The notes under the pieces: generated by a model
Told to the model about the DNA's origin: nothing
Databases searched by the model: none
Seen by the model: the letters and a program-made list of their open reading frames with translations, nothing else
Made by a program: the position numbers and the translations under genes
From: an uncultured Planctomycetaceae bacterium
Lineage (GTDB): Bacteria > Planctomycetota > Planctomycetia > Isosphaerales > Isosphaeraceae
NCBI GenBank assembly: GCA_963833985.1
Contig: CAWIAD010000001.1
Location: 2,656,001-2,720,000, forward strand
Direction: 5' to 3'
Length of the DNA stretch: 64,000 nucleotides
Shown here: one piece after another, positions 53,100-62,398 of the stretch
How the letters are laid out: each line of letters begins with the position of its first letter
How positions within the stretch are numbered: the stretch's first letter is position 1

Positions 53100-55343
53100 C
53101 CTACTTTCCGCACATCTCGCCTTGACTATCTCGTAATTTCCGTGTGCCCTCTTTCGGCCAGTCAGGCTCAAATCTCGTAGGCTTTGGGTATCCCCAGCAG
53201 GCGCAGGATTCTCTTCTGGAGCCGAGTTAACTCTGTGCTGAACACCTCAAGAGGGCGTTTCCCAGCCTTCAGGGAATGCTCTTGAACGTCCTCGTACAGG
53301 TCGATCACTTTTCGAGCCGTCGGGCGTCGGCAGGCCCGACCTTCGGAATACAGTGGCAGGCTCTCGATTCCCGCTCGTTCCATCGCGCGGCGGAGTTCTC
53401 GCTCCAACAGCGCCTCGACCAGCAACACGAAGAAGTACACGCAGAGCAAGGCCTGAATCCGACTCACCTCCTTCAGGTACATAGGCGCTACCACGAAGTC
53501 AGTCTTCAGGTGCTCGAACCGTCGTTCGATGGCCGGTTGCTGTTTGTAGGCCAAGAGCAGATCCTGCTCCGTCATCTTCGATTCGTTGCTCACCAGCGGG
53601 AAAATGCCATCACAGCGGGCCTCCTCATCCAGTCGCTCCAACTCAATCCGATGCTTCAACGAGTAACGGAGCTTCTCCTCTCGGACGTACCGCGTGTCCT
53701 GTCCAGGCCGGCCGCGTCGCTCCTGGCGGAACTTTTCGGTGACCTGCTCCTCGATCTCGACCGAGATCCACTCGGTGACCTCACAGTCCCGGAGCAGCTC
53801 CTCGACCGCCTCGGCGACCTTGGCTCGACTGCGGTACCGGGTTCGGGACGAGGCGAGCTTGGCACGCAGTTCGTCCAGTCGTTTCAACGCCTTCTCCAGC
53901 CGGGTCAGCCGTACCTCCGCATCCAACTCGGCCTTGCGTGTGCTGTGATACCAGATCAGCCGGTAACCCTCGGTGGTCTGGCTCGCAGGTTTGCAGATCG
54001 AGAAGCGGTCGGTCAACTGTCCCTTGTCGTCGTACTTGTCGTGGGTCCATCGCCACTGGATCTCTCCCCGGAGTACGGCGCCGCGGAAGGCACCGTCCTC
54101 ACTGCGAGTTCGCGGCAGCACGCTGAGGAACCGACCGCCGCGCTGATGCAGATAGGCCATGTTCTCGGTGGTGGCCAGCTTGCAGTCGGCGATGTAGAGA
54201 AAGTCTCGGCGTCCGGTCAGTTGACAGAGCAACTCCCAGGTCTCCTGGTGAGAGCGGTCGTCGGTGGCGTTGCCGCTCTCGACGCGAAAGTGCACCGGGA
54301 CGGCACCGTCGCCGGTCACGGTGAGGATGTAGAGTAGCTGCTTGAGGTCGGGGCGGTGGTCTTTGTTATGACCCCAGGTCACCGCCAACCGCAATTGTCC
54401 CCGCAGGGTTCGCTCCGCCTCCGCCGACTCGTAGTCACCGTGGAAAGTGATGGTGGTCGAGTCGTTGTGTAACTGGTCGAGGCTGACGTCGAATTCGCGT
54501 ACGGCATGGGCCGCGACCTTCAGGGCCAACCCCGAGAGATTGGCGTCGAAGAGACGGTCGAGGGCCCGGCCAACTCGATCGTCGTTCATTGCGGCGACTT
54601 GGACATCGGACAACCCGAACAGTTTCGGCTCATGGCGGGCCACCCACTCACCGACACCATAGAGTGGCTCACGCGAGATCAGCAGGTTGCGCAGCAGGAC
54701 GAGCAAGGCCGTGGCCGTGGGGACCCGAGTGCGGCCGTCCTCATGGGGCAGGTGGTCGCAGAGAAACTCGCGAAGGCGGAGCCGACTCAGGAAGTGTTGC
54801 AGGATGGGCACGGCGGCAATCCGCCGCGTGTTGAGCGTGCGCTTGCGTCCCTTCGAGCGGGCCGTCTCGCCGGGTTGGCGCGGTCGTTGAGGTTCGTTCA
54901 TGCGGATCATCTCCGGAGGGTTTGCAGCGAGTTGGCCGGTGTCCGCCGCCGGGCCTTCCAGGGCCGTGAGGGGAGCAGGCCGACCGCCGCAGGGCTTGCC
55001 GCAATGATGGCGGAGGAGATCGGGACGTCAAGGACAAAAAATCTTGTGATTCACTTATGACAATTTGCCTTGACGTAAGTTGTGAGCCGCTCAACTTACG
55101 CTCATAGCCCGTGTCACAAGTCGTCGCGGCGAGAATCGCGGCGCACGGCTGGACATTGCCAAGTCATAAGACAAGGCGAAGAATGGCTCGAGTTCAGGAA
55201 CGGTCCGGTTGGCGAACCATCTGAACCGAACAAGGTCCCCGTGCCGATCGACTTGTAGATGTTTACCGACCCTGGGGCCGCGTCTGAGAAGATGGCCTCA
55301 GGTCGAATTCGGGGAAATCAAAGGGAGATGTGCGGAAAGTAGG
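53100..55343 (-). mobile_element. IS1634-family element B, copy 2 (2244 bp), nested in element A
   Basis: Same IRs as copy 1; target duplication ATTCGT (53094-53099 and 55344-55349). Confidence 0.95.
53168..54910 (-). CDS. IS1634-family transposase (element B, copy 2)
   Basis: 580 aa; 3 amino-acid differences from copy 1. Confidence 0.95.
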   Translation of the reverse strand: MIRMNEPQRPRQPGETARSKGRKRTLNTRRIAAVPILQHFLSRLRLREFLCDHLPHEDGRTRVPTATALLVLLRNLLISREPLYGVGEWVARHEPKLFGLSDVQVAAMNDDRVGRALDRLFDANLSGLALKVAAHAVREFDVSLDQLHNDSTTITFHGDYESAEAERTLRGQLRLAVTWGHNKDHRPDLKQLLYILTVTGDGAVPVHFRVESGNATDDRSHQETWELLCQLTGRRDFLYIADCKLATTENMAYLHQRGGRFLSVLPRTRSEDGAFRGAVLRGEIQWRWTHDKYDDKGQLTDRFSICKPASQTTEGYRLIWYHSTRKAELDAEVRLTRLEKALKRLDELRAKLASSRTRYRSRAKVAEAVEELLRDCEVTEWISVEIEEQVTEKFRQERRGRPGQDTRYVREEKLRYSLKHRIELERLDEEARCDGIFPLVSNESKMTEQDLLLAYKQQPAIERRFEHLKTDFVVAPMYLKEVSRIQALLCVYFFVLLVEALLERELRRAMERAGIESLPLYSEGRACRRPTARKVIDLYEDVQEHSLKAGKRPLEVFSTELTRLQKRILRLLGIPKAYEI

Positions 55344-57484
55344 ATTCGTGGGACCTCGACAAGGGGATTTTCCGCTACTTTGAGAACACGAAGGGTCTGA
55401 CCAATGAGCAGGGAATCGAAGGCAAGTATGTGATCGCCACGAGTGAAGCAGCGCTCAGCGTGCTTGAGGTCGTGGCGATCTACAAGGACCTGAGCGATGT
55501 CGAGCGCGGGTTTCGCCAGCTCAAGGACGTGCTGGCCATGCGGCCGATTTATCATCAGATTGAGGAACGAGTAAAAGCACATATTTTCGTAGCTGCACTG
55601 GCATTACTGGTCCAGCGGCTATTGCACCGCCGACTTGAGCACGCTGGGATAGATTTCTCTCCAGAGAGGGCGATGCAAGCTCTCTCCACGCTCCGGGTGG
55701 TGACCCTCCGTCTCGACGATCAGCCCGAACGGCAAGGAGTCAGTGGAGGCTGCCCCGATGCGCGGCGGGTCCTGAAGGCGCTGGGCTTAACCGAGCTCAG
55801 GCCGCCAGCACCACCGGAAGACGAAAAAACCGTGATGTAGTGACAATCTGAAAAATCGCCCCTTGCGCCGCAAGGACTTAGGGCGACCCACCCCAAACAT
55901 GGGCTAGGTCGTCTCTGGAGCTCGTGTTGTCAGCGGGATCGGTTGCCGGCTATCCGGACGCCCACCTCCTGAAACTGGTGGCCGGCAGCATCGATGGAAC
56001 GAGAGATCTTGCCCTGCGGGCGCTGCTTGACCGTCATGGACCGATGGTCTGGGGCGTCTGCCGCCAGCTCCTCGAGCAGTCGCATGACGCGGACGATGCG
56101 TTTCAGGCCACGTTCCTGGTCCTGATCCGCAAGGCGGCGTCGCTCAGGGTGAACGGATCGCTGGGCCCCTGGCTCTACCAGGTCGCCTCGCGCGTGGCAC
56201 GACAGGCGCGGTCACGCCGCCGTGAAGAACCGTCGAGCGGGTTCCTGGAGCAACTCTCCATTGTGGATGAGAGCGACGGGCCACGCGGGGCGACACCGGA
56301 GCAGCTTGCCGTGCTGCATGGAGAGGTGAACCGCCTGCCCGCCCGGTATCGCCTGCCGATCGTGCTCTGCCATCTCGAGGGGAAATCCCACGAAGAAGCC
56401 GCCCGTGCGCTGCGCTGGCCAGTGGGCACCGTGAGCGGCCGGCTGTCGCGTGGGCGATCTCTGCTCCGTGCACGCCTGGAACGCCGGGGCTGGAAGACCC
56501 CCGACGACCTCATCGGAGCAACGCTTCCCGCGGGTTGCTGGTCACGCGTCCCCCCGCCGCTCCTCGAGCACGGCCTCCGGGCAGCCGTTCGTCTCGCGTC
56601 CGGCGGTGCTGCCACCGGCGCGTCGACACTTTTCATGAAAGGAGTGTTGCGATCCATGATGTGGAATCAAATGAAAGCAACGGCAATCATGCTCGCCGCG
56701 GTTGCGTGCCTGACCGGTACGGCCGGGCTGCTGGTGCAAGCCTCCCTGGCGTCCTCGGATGCGGCCCGGACAGAGCGGCCGACCACTTCCGCGGGCAATG
56801 CGTCGGGCCAGGTTGCGAACGATCGATCACCGGCACCCGCGCAAGCGGCGGAGGAGCTGGGCCTGGCAGACCCGCAAGCCGGCGGACAGCGTGCTCGCTC
56901 AACCCGCAAACCCGCCACTGACGCTTCCGGCGAGATCACGGTCGAGAATGCTTCTCCGGTCGTGGTGAAGACGATCCGCCAGTCTGGCGCTACCGATGTG
57001 GACCCCGCTCTGAGTGAAATCCGGGTGACGTTCTCGAAAGACATGATCGATAAGAGCTGGTCCTGGACCACACTCTCGAAGGAGACGTTTCCCGAGGCCG
57101 CGGGCGCGGTCCACTTTCTCGAAGTCCATCGGACCTGCATCATGCCTGTGAAGCTCAAGCCCGGCCGGACGTACGCCACCTGGATCAACTCCAGCCGGTT
57201 CACCAACTTCATGGACCGCGACCGCCACTCCGCCGTCCCTTACCTGCTGGTCTTCCGCACCAGACCCTGACCGAGCACTCCTCCTGTTTCCGCTTGCAGC
57301 CTGTTCCACCGGCTGGAACGACCCGGCTTCATCAGCAAGCCGGGACCGTTCCGGCCGGAACACATCTTCTTCAGCCTCTGCCGTTCCCGCCGGAACTCAC
57401 GGTCTTCAGCCTCTGCCGTTACCGTCTCTTTCTCGCCCCGAGACACGTCTTCGCCGCCACTCGAGAATTCTTCCACTTTTCTTC

Positions 57485-57536
57485 TTGACACTCTTAGACG
57501 GCCTGTCTCTAATACTTCTTAGACAACTCGTCTCTA
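57485..57536 (+). promoter_or_regulatory. sigma70 promoter (TTGACA-N17-TCTAAT) overlapped by two operator boxes CTTAGAC-N5-GTCTCTA
   Basis: Boxes at 57493-57511 and 57518-57536, each with an AGAC/GTCT dyad, directly before the blaI-like gene. Confidence 0.75.
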
Positions 57537-57551
57537 TTGTGCGAGCCGCCA

Positions 57552-57959
57552 ATGGGCCGGTCGATTGGTGATGTGACGGACGCGGAGCTGATGGTCTTGC
57601 AGGAGCTCTGGGAGCTCGGAGCGACCAGTGTTCGCCAGCTTGTCGAGAGGCTTTACCCGGCGGGCGGTCCTTCGGCGGCGCCGACGGTGCAGAAGCTGCT
57701 CGAGCGGCTGGAAGCCAAGGGTTATGTGGCGCGTGACCGGAGCGGCCACGTTCAGACCTTTCGCGCCACGGTCGATCGCGGGGACCTGATCAAGCGCCGG
57801 CTGCGGGGGCTGGCCGAAGCGCTCTGCGGCGGTTCGCTGAGCTCGCTGCTGACGCACCTGGTGCAGGACGAGGGCCTGGACGCGAACCAGCGCAAGGCAC
57901 TGCGCAAGCTGGTTGACGAGTGGGATTCGAAGCAGCAAAAACCGGGCAGAAAATCCTGA
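57552..57959 (+). CDS. BlaI/MecI/CopY family repressor
   Basis: VTDAELMVLQELW; TVQKLLERLEAKGYV; GGSLSSLLTHLV. Confidence 0.92.
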   Translation: MGRSIGDVTDAELMVLQELWELGATSVRQLVERLYPAGGPSAAPTVQKLLERLEAKGYVARDRSGHVQTFRATVDRGDLIKRRLRGLAEALCGGSLSSLLTHLVQDEGLDANQRKALRKLVDEWDSKQQKPGRKS

Positions 57960-57981
57960 GCAACGTTCAGAGGTGCCGGTT

Positions 57982-60303
57982 GTGGATGCGCTCTTCTCGA
58001 TCATCCTCAGCAATTCGTTCGCGGCCCTGGTGCTCGCGCTGAGCGCGTCGCTTGCCGGCCGCCTCACACGCCGGCCGCAGGTGGTGCACTGGCTCTGGGT
58101 GCTCGTGCTGGTGAAGCTGATCACGCCCCCCTTATGGAGGATTCCCGTCTCCCGGCCTGTGGCTCCGGGGCCTGCCGCGGTTGCCACGGCGGCAAGTTCA
58201 GAACAGCAGGGAGCGCCGGCTCCTCTCTCCCCGGCGGAGCCGAGCGGCCAGGGGGCGACCCGGCACTCCAGTCTCCGGCTTGGTGCACCCTCGCCGCCCG
58301 TGGCGGATCCGCCCTTGCCGCTCGCCTCAAACGGAGGAATAGAGTCCTGGCTGAGCCACCAGATCGACGTTTTTGTGATTGCTTCGTGGCTCGGTGGCGC
58401 GGTCTTCCTGGGCTGGCACACATGCTCGCGAATCCGCAGGTTCCAGCGGCTGTTACGCGAGTGCGTGCCCGCCTGCGATGCAATTCAAGCCAGGACGCAG
58501 GAGCTCGCGAGCCGTCTGGGAACACGTCGCGCTCCGCAGGTCTGGATGAGTCTCGCCTCGGTTTCTCCGCTGCTCTGGGCCATGGGCTGCCGACCCCGGC
58601 TGGTCGTTCCATCCTCACTCTGGGAGCGACTCGAAGACGGCCAGCGCAACGCGCTTCTGCTGCACGAACTGGCTCACTGGAAGCGCTGCGATCACCGGGT
58701 GCGTGTGCTCGAGATCCTCTCGACCTGCCTCTACTGGTGGCATCCTGTCGTGTGGTGGGCGCGGCGAAGCCTGCGCGAGGCCGAGGAGCACTGCTGCGAC
58801 GACCTCGTGCTACACGTACTGGGCGGGAAATCAAAGACATACGCTTACACGTTGCTGGACACCCTTGATTTCCTCGCCGGTGGCCCGGCGATCCAGCCCC
58901 TGGGCGGCAGCGGTCTGATCGAGGAATCGCAGGTCAAGCGCAGGCTGGTACGCATCCTGAACGGTGCGGCCGTGTTCCGTTTGACCCTGGCGGGCGGACT
59001 GTGCCTGTTCGGCCTTTCGATGTGCGCGCTTTGCACTGGACCGTTCCTGAGACCGGCGGTTCCGCGTTTTCGCATACTGGAGCTGGGCACGCTGGGTGGC
59101 CTGTCCACCGAGGGGATGAAGCTGAACGGCGCGGGGTGGGTGATCGGCTACTCCGCGGCCCGGCCGGGCGATCGCGGATATCCCAGCTCGATGCGTGCCT
59201 TCCGCGCCGCTCCGCATCGCCCGATTGATCCCCGCACGGACGATCTGGCCGCGCTGGTCGCGGCCTTCGACCCGCGGGCAAGACGGGTCGAGCCGATGAC
59301 GATCAACGCGGCCGGCCAGATCGTCATGGTGGCTCACGGCGGCGCGCCCATGGACCCCAAACAGCCAAGCTACAACTACCGGCTCGACGCGGATCGCCTG
59401 GTGGATCTCGATCTCGACCCGGCGCTCGACCGGCCGACCGTCACCGGGCTGAACGACCCTGGCCAGATGATCGGTTACTACGGCCGATGGCTTCCCGGAC
59501 CGGGCGGAAGGCGCGGGCCGGATCGCTCGTTTCACAGCTTCAGGACGCTCCCGGCTGAGGTGCCAGACCTGGCTCGAGACGACCTGGGCAGCCTCGGCGG
59601 CGACCGCACCTATGCCTGGAGCATCAATGCCGGTGGACAGGTCGCCGGTGAATCCGCCACACCGCGGCAGCTTCACCATGCCTTCCGCACGGCTGCGAAC
59701 CGGCCCATCGATCCGGCCACTGACGACCTGGGCACCCTCGGCGGCCTCACCAGCAGCGCGCACGGAATCAACGATCGCGGCGAGGTGGTCGGAGAGTCGT
59801 CCACCGCCGGACAGGGGTCTCTGCACGCCTTCCACACGGCTCCGAACCGGCCCATCGATCCGGCCAGCGACGACCTGGGCACCCTCGGCGGCGATACCAG
59901 CCGCGCCAACGCGATCAACAACCAAGGGGACGTCGTCGGTACCTCGGAGACTCCTGTCCCGGGCCAGCCGCACGCATTCCTGTTCCAGGCTGGCAAGATG
60001 ATCGACCTGCATTCGCTCGTGGGGCTCGATCGTCACTGGTTTCTGGAAGACGCGCGCGACATCAATGATCGGGGGGAAATCCTCGCGATCGCCAGGGCCG
60101 ACTGGCCCCATCCCGCGGGCCCGATCCGCCGGACGTTCGTGCTCACGCCGGTGCCCGACCTCACGGTCCTGGCTGTGCTCATGATGGGTACGGTCGCCGG
60201 CGCATCGGGACTGGCCGTCTCGAAGTGCGTCCGGCTGAAATCTCTTCAATCGAGGTCCCATTTCCGTGTACATAACCCGATGAGACTGCCGGAAGAGGCG
60301 TGA
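57982..60303 (+). CDS. M56 (BlaR1-type) membrane metalloprotease fused to HAF-repeat extracellular domain
   Basis: WLWVLVLVKLITPP; LLHELAHWKRCDH; YWWHPVVW; EEHCCD; repeated DLGTLGG..A..IND.G.VVG.S..HAF. Confidence 0.9.
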   Translation: MDALFSIILSNSFAALVLALSASLAGRLTRRPQVVHWLWVLVLVKLITPPLWRIPVSRPVAPGPAAVATAASSEQQGAPAPLSPAEPSGQGATRHSSLRLGAPSPPVADPPLPLASNGGIESWLSHQIDVFVIASWLGGAVFLGWHTCSRIRRFQRLLRECVPACDAIQARTQELASRLGTRRAPQVWMSLASVSPLLWAMGCRPRLVVPSSLWERLEDGQRNALLLHELAHWKRCDHRVRVLEILSTCLYWWHPVVWWARRSLREAEEHCCDDLVLHVLGGKSKTYAYTLLDTLDFLAGGPAIQPLGGSGLIEESQVKRRLVRILNGAAVFRLTLAGGLCLFGLSMCALCTGPFLRPAVPRFRILELGTLGGLSTEGMKLNGAGWVIGYSAARPGDRGYPSSMRAFRAAPHRPIDPRTDDLAALVAAFDPRARRVEPMTINAAGQIVMVAHGGAPMDPKQPSYNYRLDADRLVDLDLDPALDRPTVTGLNDPGQMIGYYGRWLPGPGGRRGPDRSFHSFRTLPAEVPDLARDDLGSLGGDRTYAWSINAGGQVAGESATPRQLHHAFRTAANRPIDPATDDLGTLGGLTSSAHGINDRGEVVGESSTAGQGSLHAFHTAPNRPIDPASDDLGTLGGDTSRANAINNQGDVVGTSETPVPGQPHAFLFQAGKMIDLHSLVGLDRHWFLEDARDINDRGEILAIARADWPHPAGPIRRTFVLTPVPDLTVLAVLMMGTVAGASGLAVSKCVRLKSLQSRSHFRVHNPMRLPEEA

Positions 60304-60484
60304 TCACCGGCGAGTCGAGTTCCGGCCTTCATCGACGTCATTCGACCCTTCTTCGTTTTTGCCATCATCAGCCCCACCGTGGGAAAGGAGCCTCTCCCCC
60401 CGCGCCGATCGTGGTGCGCATCAATCTTGTGCGTTTCTTCCGTTGTTATCTTCTTACCTTCACATCGCAACGAGGAGTTCTTTC

Positions 60485-62206
60485 ATGCGCTCGTTTCACT
60501 CCCTGAGATCCCGATCGGATTCGTTCAACGCCATGCCGCGGAGTGCCCGACGGCGCGGCTTCCGGCCCGGCGTCAATCCGCTTGAAGGCCGCCAGTTGCT
60601 CAGCACGCTCGTGGTCCAGAATCTGAACGACAGCGGCACCGGCTCGCTGCGCGCCGAGATCGGGCTGGCGCAAAGCGGCGACGTGATCCGCTTCGCCAAG
60701 GGGCTCGCCGGCACGATCACGCTTTCGAGCGGGCCGCTCACCATCACGAGTGGACTCACCATCCGAGGGCCAGGAGCCGGCACGATCAACGTCAGCGGCG
60801 GTGGAACGAGCGGCGTCTTCCTGGTCGAAAGCCCCTACGGCACGCCCCCTCCGCCACCCATCGTGGTCAACTTGTCGGGCCTGACCATCTCGGGCAGTGA
60901 CGTCTATGATCCCGGCTTGACCAACTTCGGCGCCACGATGACGCTCACGAACGTCGTCGTGACCGGCAACCAGGGAAGCGGTATCGGCAACTACGGGATC
61001 ATGACCTTGAAGAGTTCCCAGGTCACGGGGAACACCTCGGGAACGGTGGGTTCCGGGCTCGGACTGGCAGGCGGCATCTTCAACTTCGCCACATTGAATG
61101 TCGTGAACAGTTCCATCTCGAACAACACGGTTCAGGGCACCGAAGCTGTGGGCGGAGGCATCTTGAGCACGTTCAACAGCGTGCTCAGCATCACGAACAG
61201 CAGTTTCACCGGCAACACCGCCAGCGGCGACGGCGGAGGAGGCTACGGCGGCGCGATCCATACCGACTCGGGTTCCATCGGGACAATCACGAACAGCACC
61301 TTCACGGGCAACGTGGCCAGCGATGCCTTGAACGTCGGCCAGGGTGGCGCGATCGACATGAACTTCCAGTCGAGTGTGACCGTGAAGAACAGCACTTTCA
61401 GCGGCAACCAGGCATCGGGCGCAACGGTGATCAACGACGGGGGCTCCGGTAACGGCGGTGCCATCAGCGACGGCGGCAGCCTCAGCGCCAGCAACTCCAC
61501 ATTCGCAAGCAACCAGGCTGTGGGAGGTGGCGGCGGAGGCTTCGCCCTCGGTGGTGCGATGCTCGTGAATGGCACAGGGGCGTCGGTCTTCCTGGCGAAC
61601 GATCTGCTCGTCGGCAATTCCGCCACGGCCGGCTCGAGCACGAATGGCTATGGCTATGGGGGCATTGCGGCAGGCGGCGCGATCGACGATTTCTATGGCG
61701 ACCCGTCAACCATTCGGAACTGCACCTTGCTTGACAACGTCGCGACGGGAGGCGGGGGCATCGGCACCGGAAACGTGGGAGGCCAGGCTCTGGGGGGTGC
61801 GATCCAGAACTTTGGCAGCATGCTCTCGATCACCAATAGCACGATCTCGGGCAACCAGGCGATCGGTGGCGGAGGCTACAACGGTGGCACGGGCGGCAAC
61901 GGCGCGGGCGGTGGCATCGAGAACGACGGCGGAGCGACGCTGACCGTGACCGGCGGTACCATCAACGCCAACCTCGCCCAGGGCGGCCTTTACGCTGACG
62001 GCCTGGGTGGCGGCATCTACAGCAACCAGTCCACGGCAACAGTCACGGATACGCTGTTCACGCTTGACTCCGCTCTGGGCGGCTACGGCGGACAGGGCAT
62101 CGGCGGTGGGGTGTACACGCTCGGCGGAGGCACCACGCTGCAAGGTAAGACCCGGGTGTTCGGCAATTTCGCGAGCACCTCGAACAACAACATCTTCAGC
62201 GGGTGA
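60485..62206 (+). CDS. Secreted Gly/Asn-rich beta-helix (Pmp-like repeat) protein with planctomycete signal motif
   Basis: AGGAG RBS; RRRGFRPGVNPLEGRQLLS; NLNDSGTGSLRA; many GGAI / FxGN repeats. Confidence 0.88.
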   Translation: MRSFHSLRSRSDSFNAMPRSARRRGFRPGVNPLEGRQLLSTLVVQNLNDSGTGSLRAEIGLAQSGDVIRFAKGLAGTITLSSGPLTITSGLTIRGPGAGTINVSGGGTSGVFLVESPYGTPPPPPIVVNLSGLTISGSDVYDPGLTNFGATMTLTNVVVTGNQGSGIGNYGIMTLKSSQVTGNTSGTVGSGLGLAGGIFNFATLNVVNSSISNNTVQGTEAVGGGILSTFNSVLSITNSSFTGNTASGDGGGGYGGAIHTDSGSIGTITNSTFTGNVASDALNVGQGGAIDMNFQSSVTVKNSTFSGNQASGATVINDGGSGNGGAISDGGSLSASNSTFASNQAVGGGGGGFALGGAMLVNGTGASVFLANDLLVGNSATAGSSTNGYGYGGIAAGGAIDDFYGDPSTIRNCTLLDNVATGGGGIGTGNVGGQALGGAIQNFGSMLSITNSTISGNQAIGGGGYNGGTGGNGAGGGIENDGGATLTVTGGTINANLAQGGLYADGLGGGIYSNQSTATVTDTLFTLDSALGGYGGQGIGGGVYTLGGGTTLQGKTRVFGNFASTSNNNIFSG

Positions 62207-62296
62207 GTATCCGGTGCGCCGTCGCTGCGATTGACGCAACCTACGATGGCTAGGGCGTTTTTCTGAGGGTTTCAGGCAGCTGCTGAGTTCTGTAAA

Positions 62297-62362
62297 GGGG
62301 GGGCAGACATTCCTGTCTGCCAGGGCAGGACTGCTCCGGCAGGCAGGAATGCCTGCCCCCCC
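62297..62362. repeat. REP doublet (REPIN): GGGGCAGACATTCCTGTCTGCC ... GGCAGGCAGGAATGCCTGCCCC
   Basis: Two inverted palindromic units. Confidence 0.8.
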
Positions 62363-62398
62363 GGTCTCAGTCTGCGATCCAAGTGAAAACCGCACTGA

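Larger units (their letters stand above)
51653..55903 (+). mobile_element. IS1634-family element A, copy 2, carrying nested element B
   Basis: Same IRs as copy 1; target duplication CTAG; transposase 51841-55840 is split and also has one extra base near 52991. Confidence 0.95.
51624..57270 (+). pseudogene. ECF57-like sigma factor with TM and C-terminal Ig-like domain, interrupted at codon 9-10 by nested IS elements
   Basis: Removing the IS and one CTAG restores MVVPASECPRSSLELVLSAGSVAGYPD, colinear with the paralog N-terminus; body at 55908-57270 is intact. Confidence 0.88.

Noticed and set aside
29836..55903. Composite transposon bounded by the two IS-A (or IS-B) copies
   Set aside because: Each copy has its own distinct target duplication on both sides, so the insertions are independent.
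57368..57420. 18-bp direct repeat TCTTCAGCCTCTGCCGTT x2
   Set aside because: Only two copies with no dyad or context; probably a local duplication.
58831..60273. 480-aa minus-strand ORF (also 50168-51574, 62462-63748, 33242-34303)
   Set aside because: Shadow frames of well-supported genes on the opposite strand.
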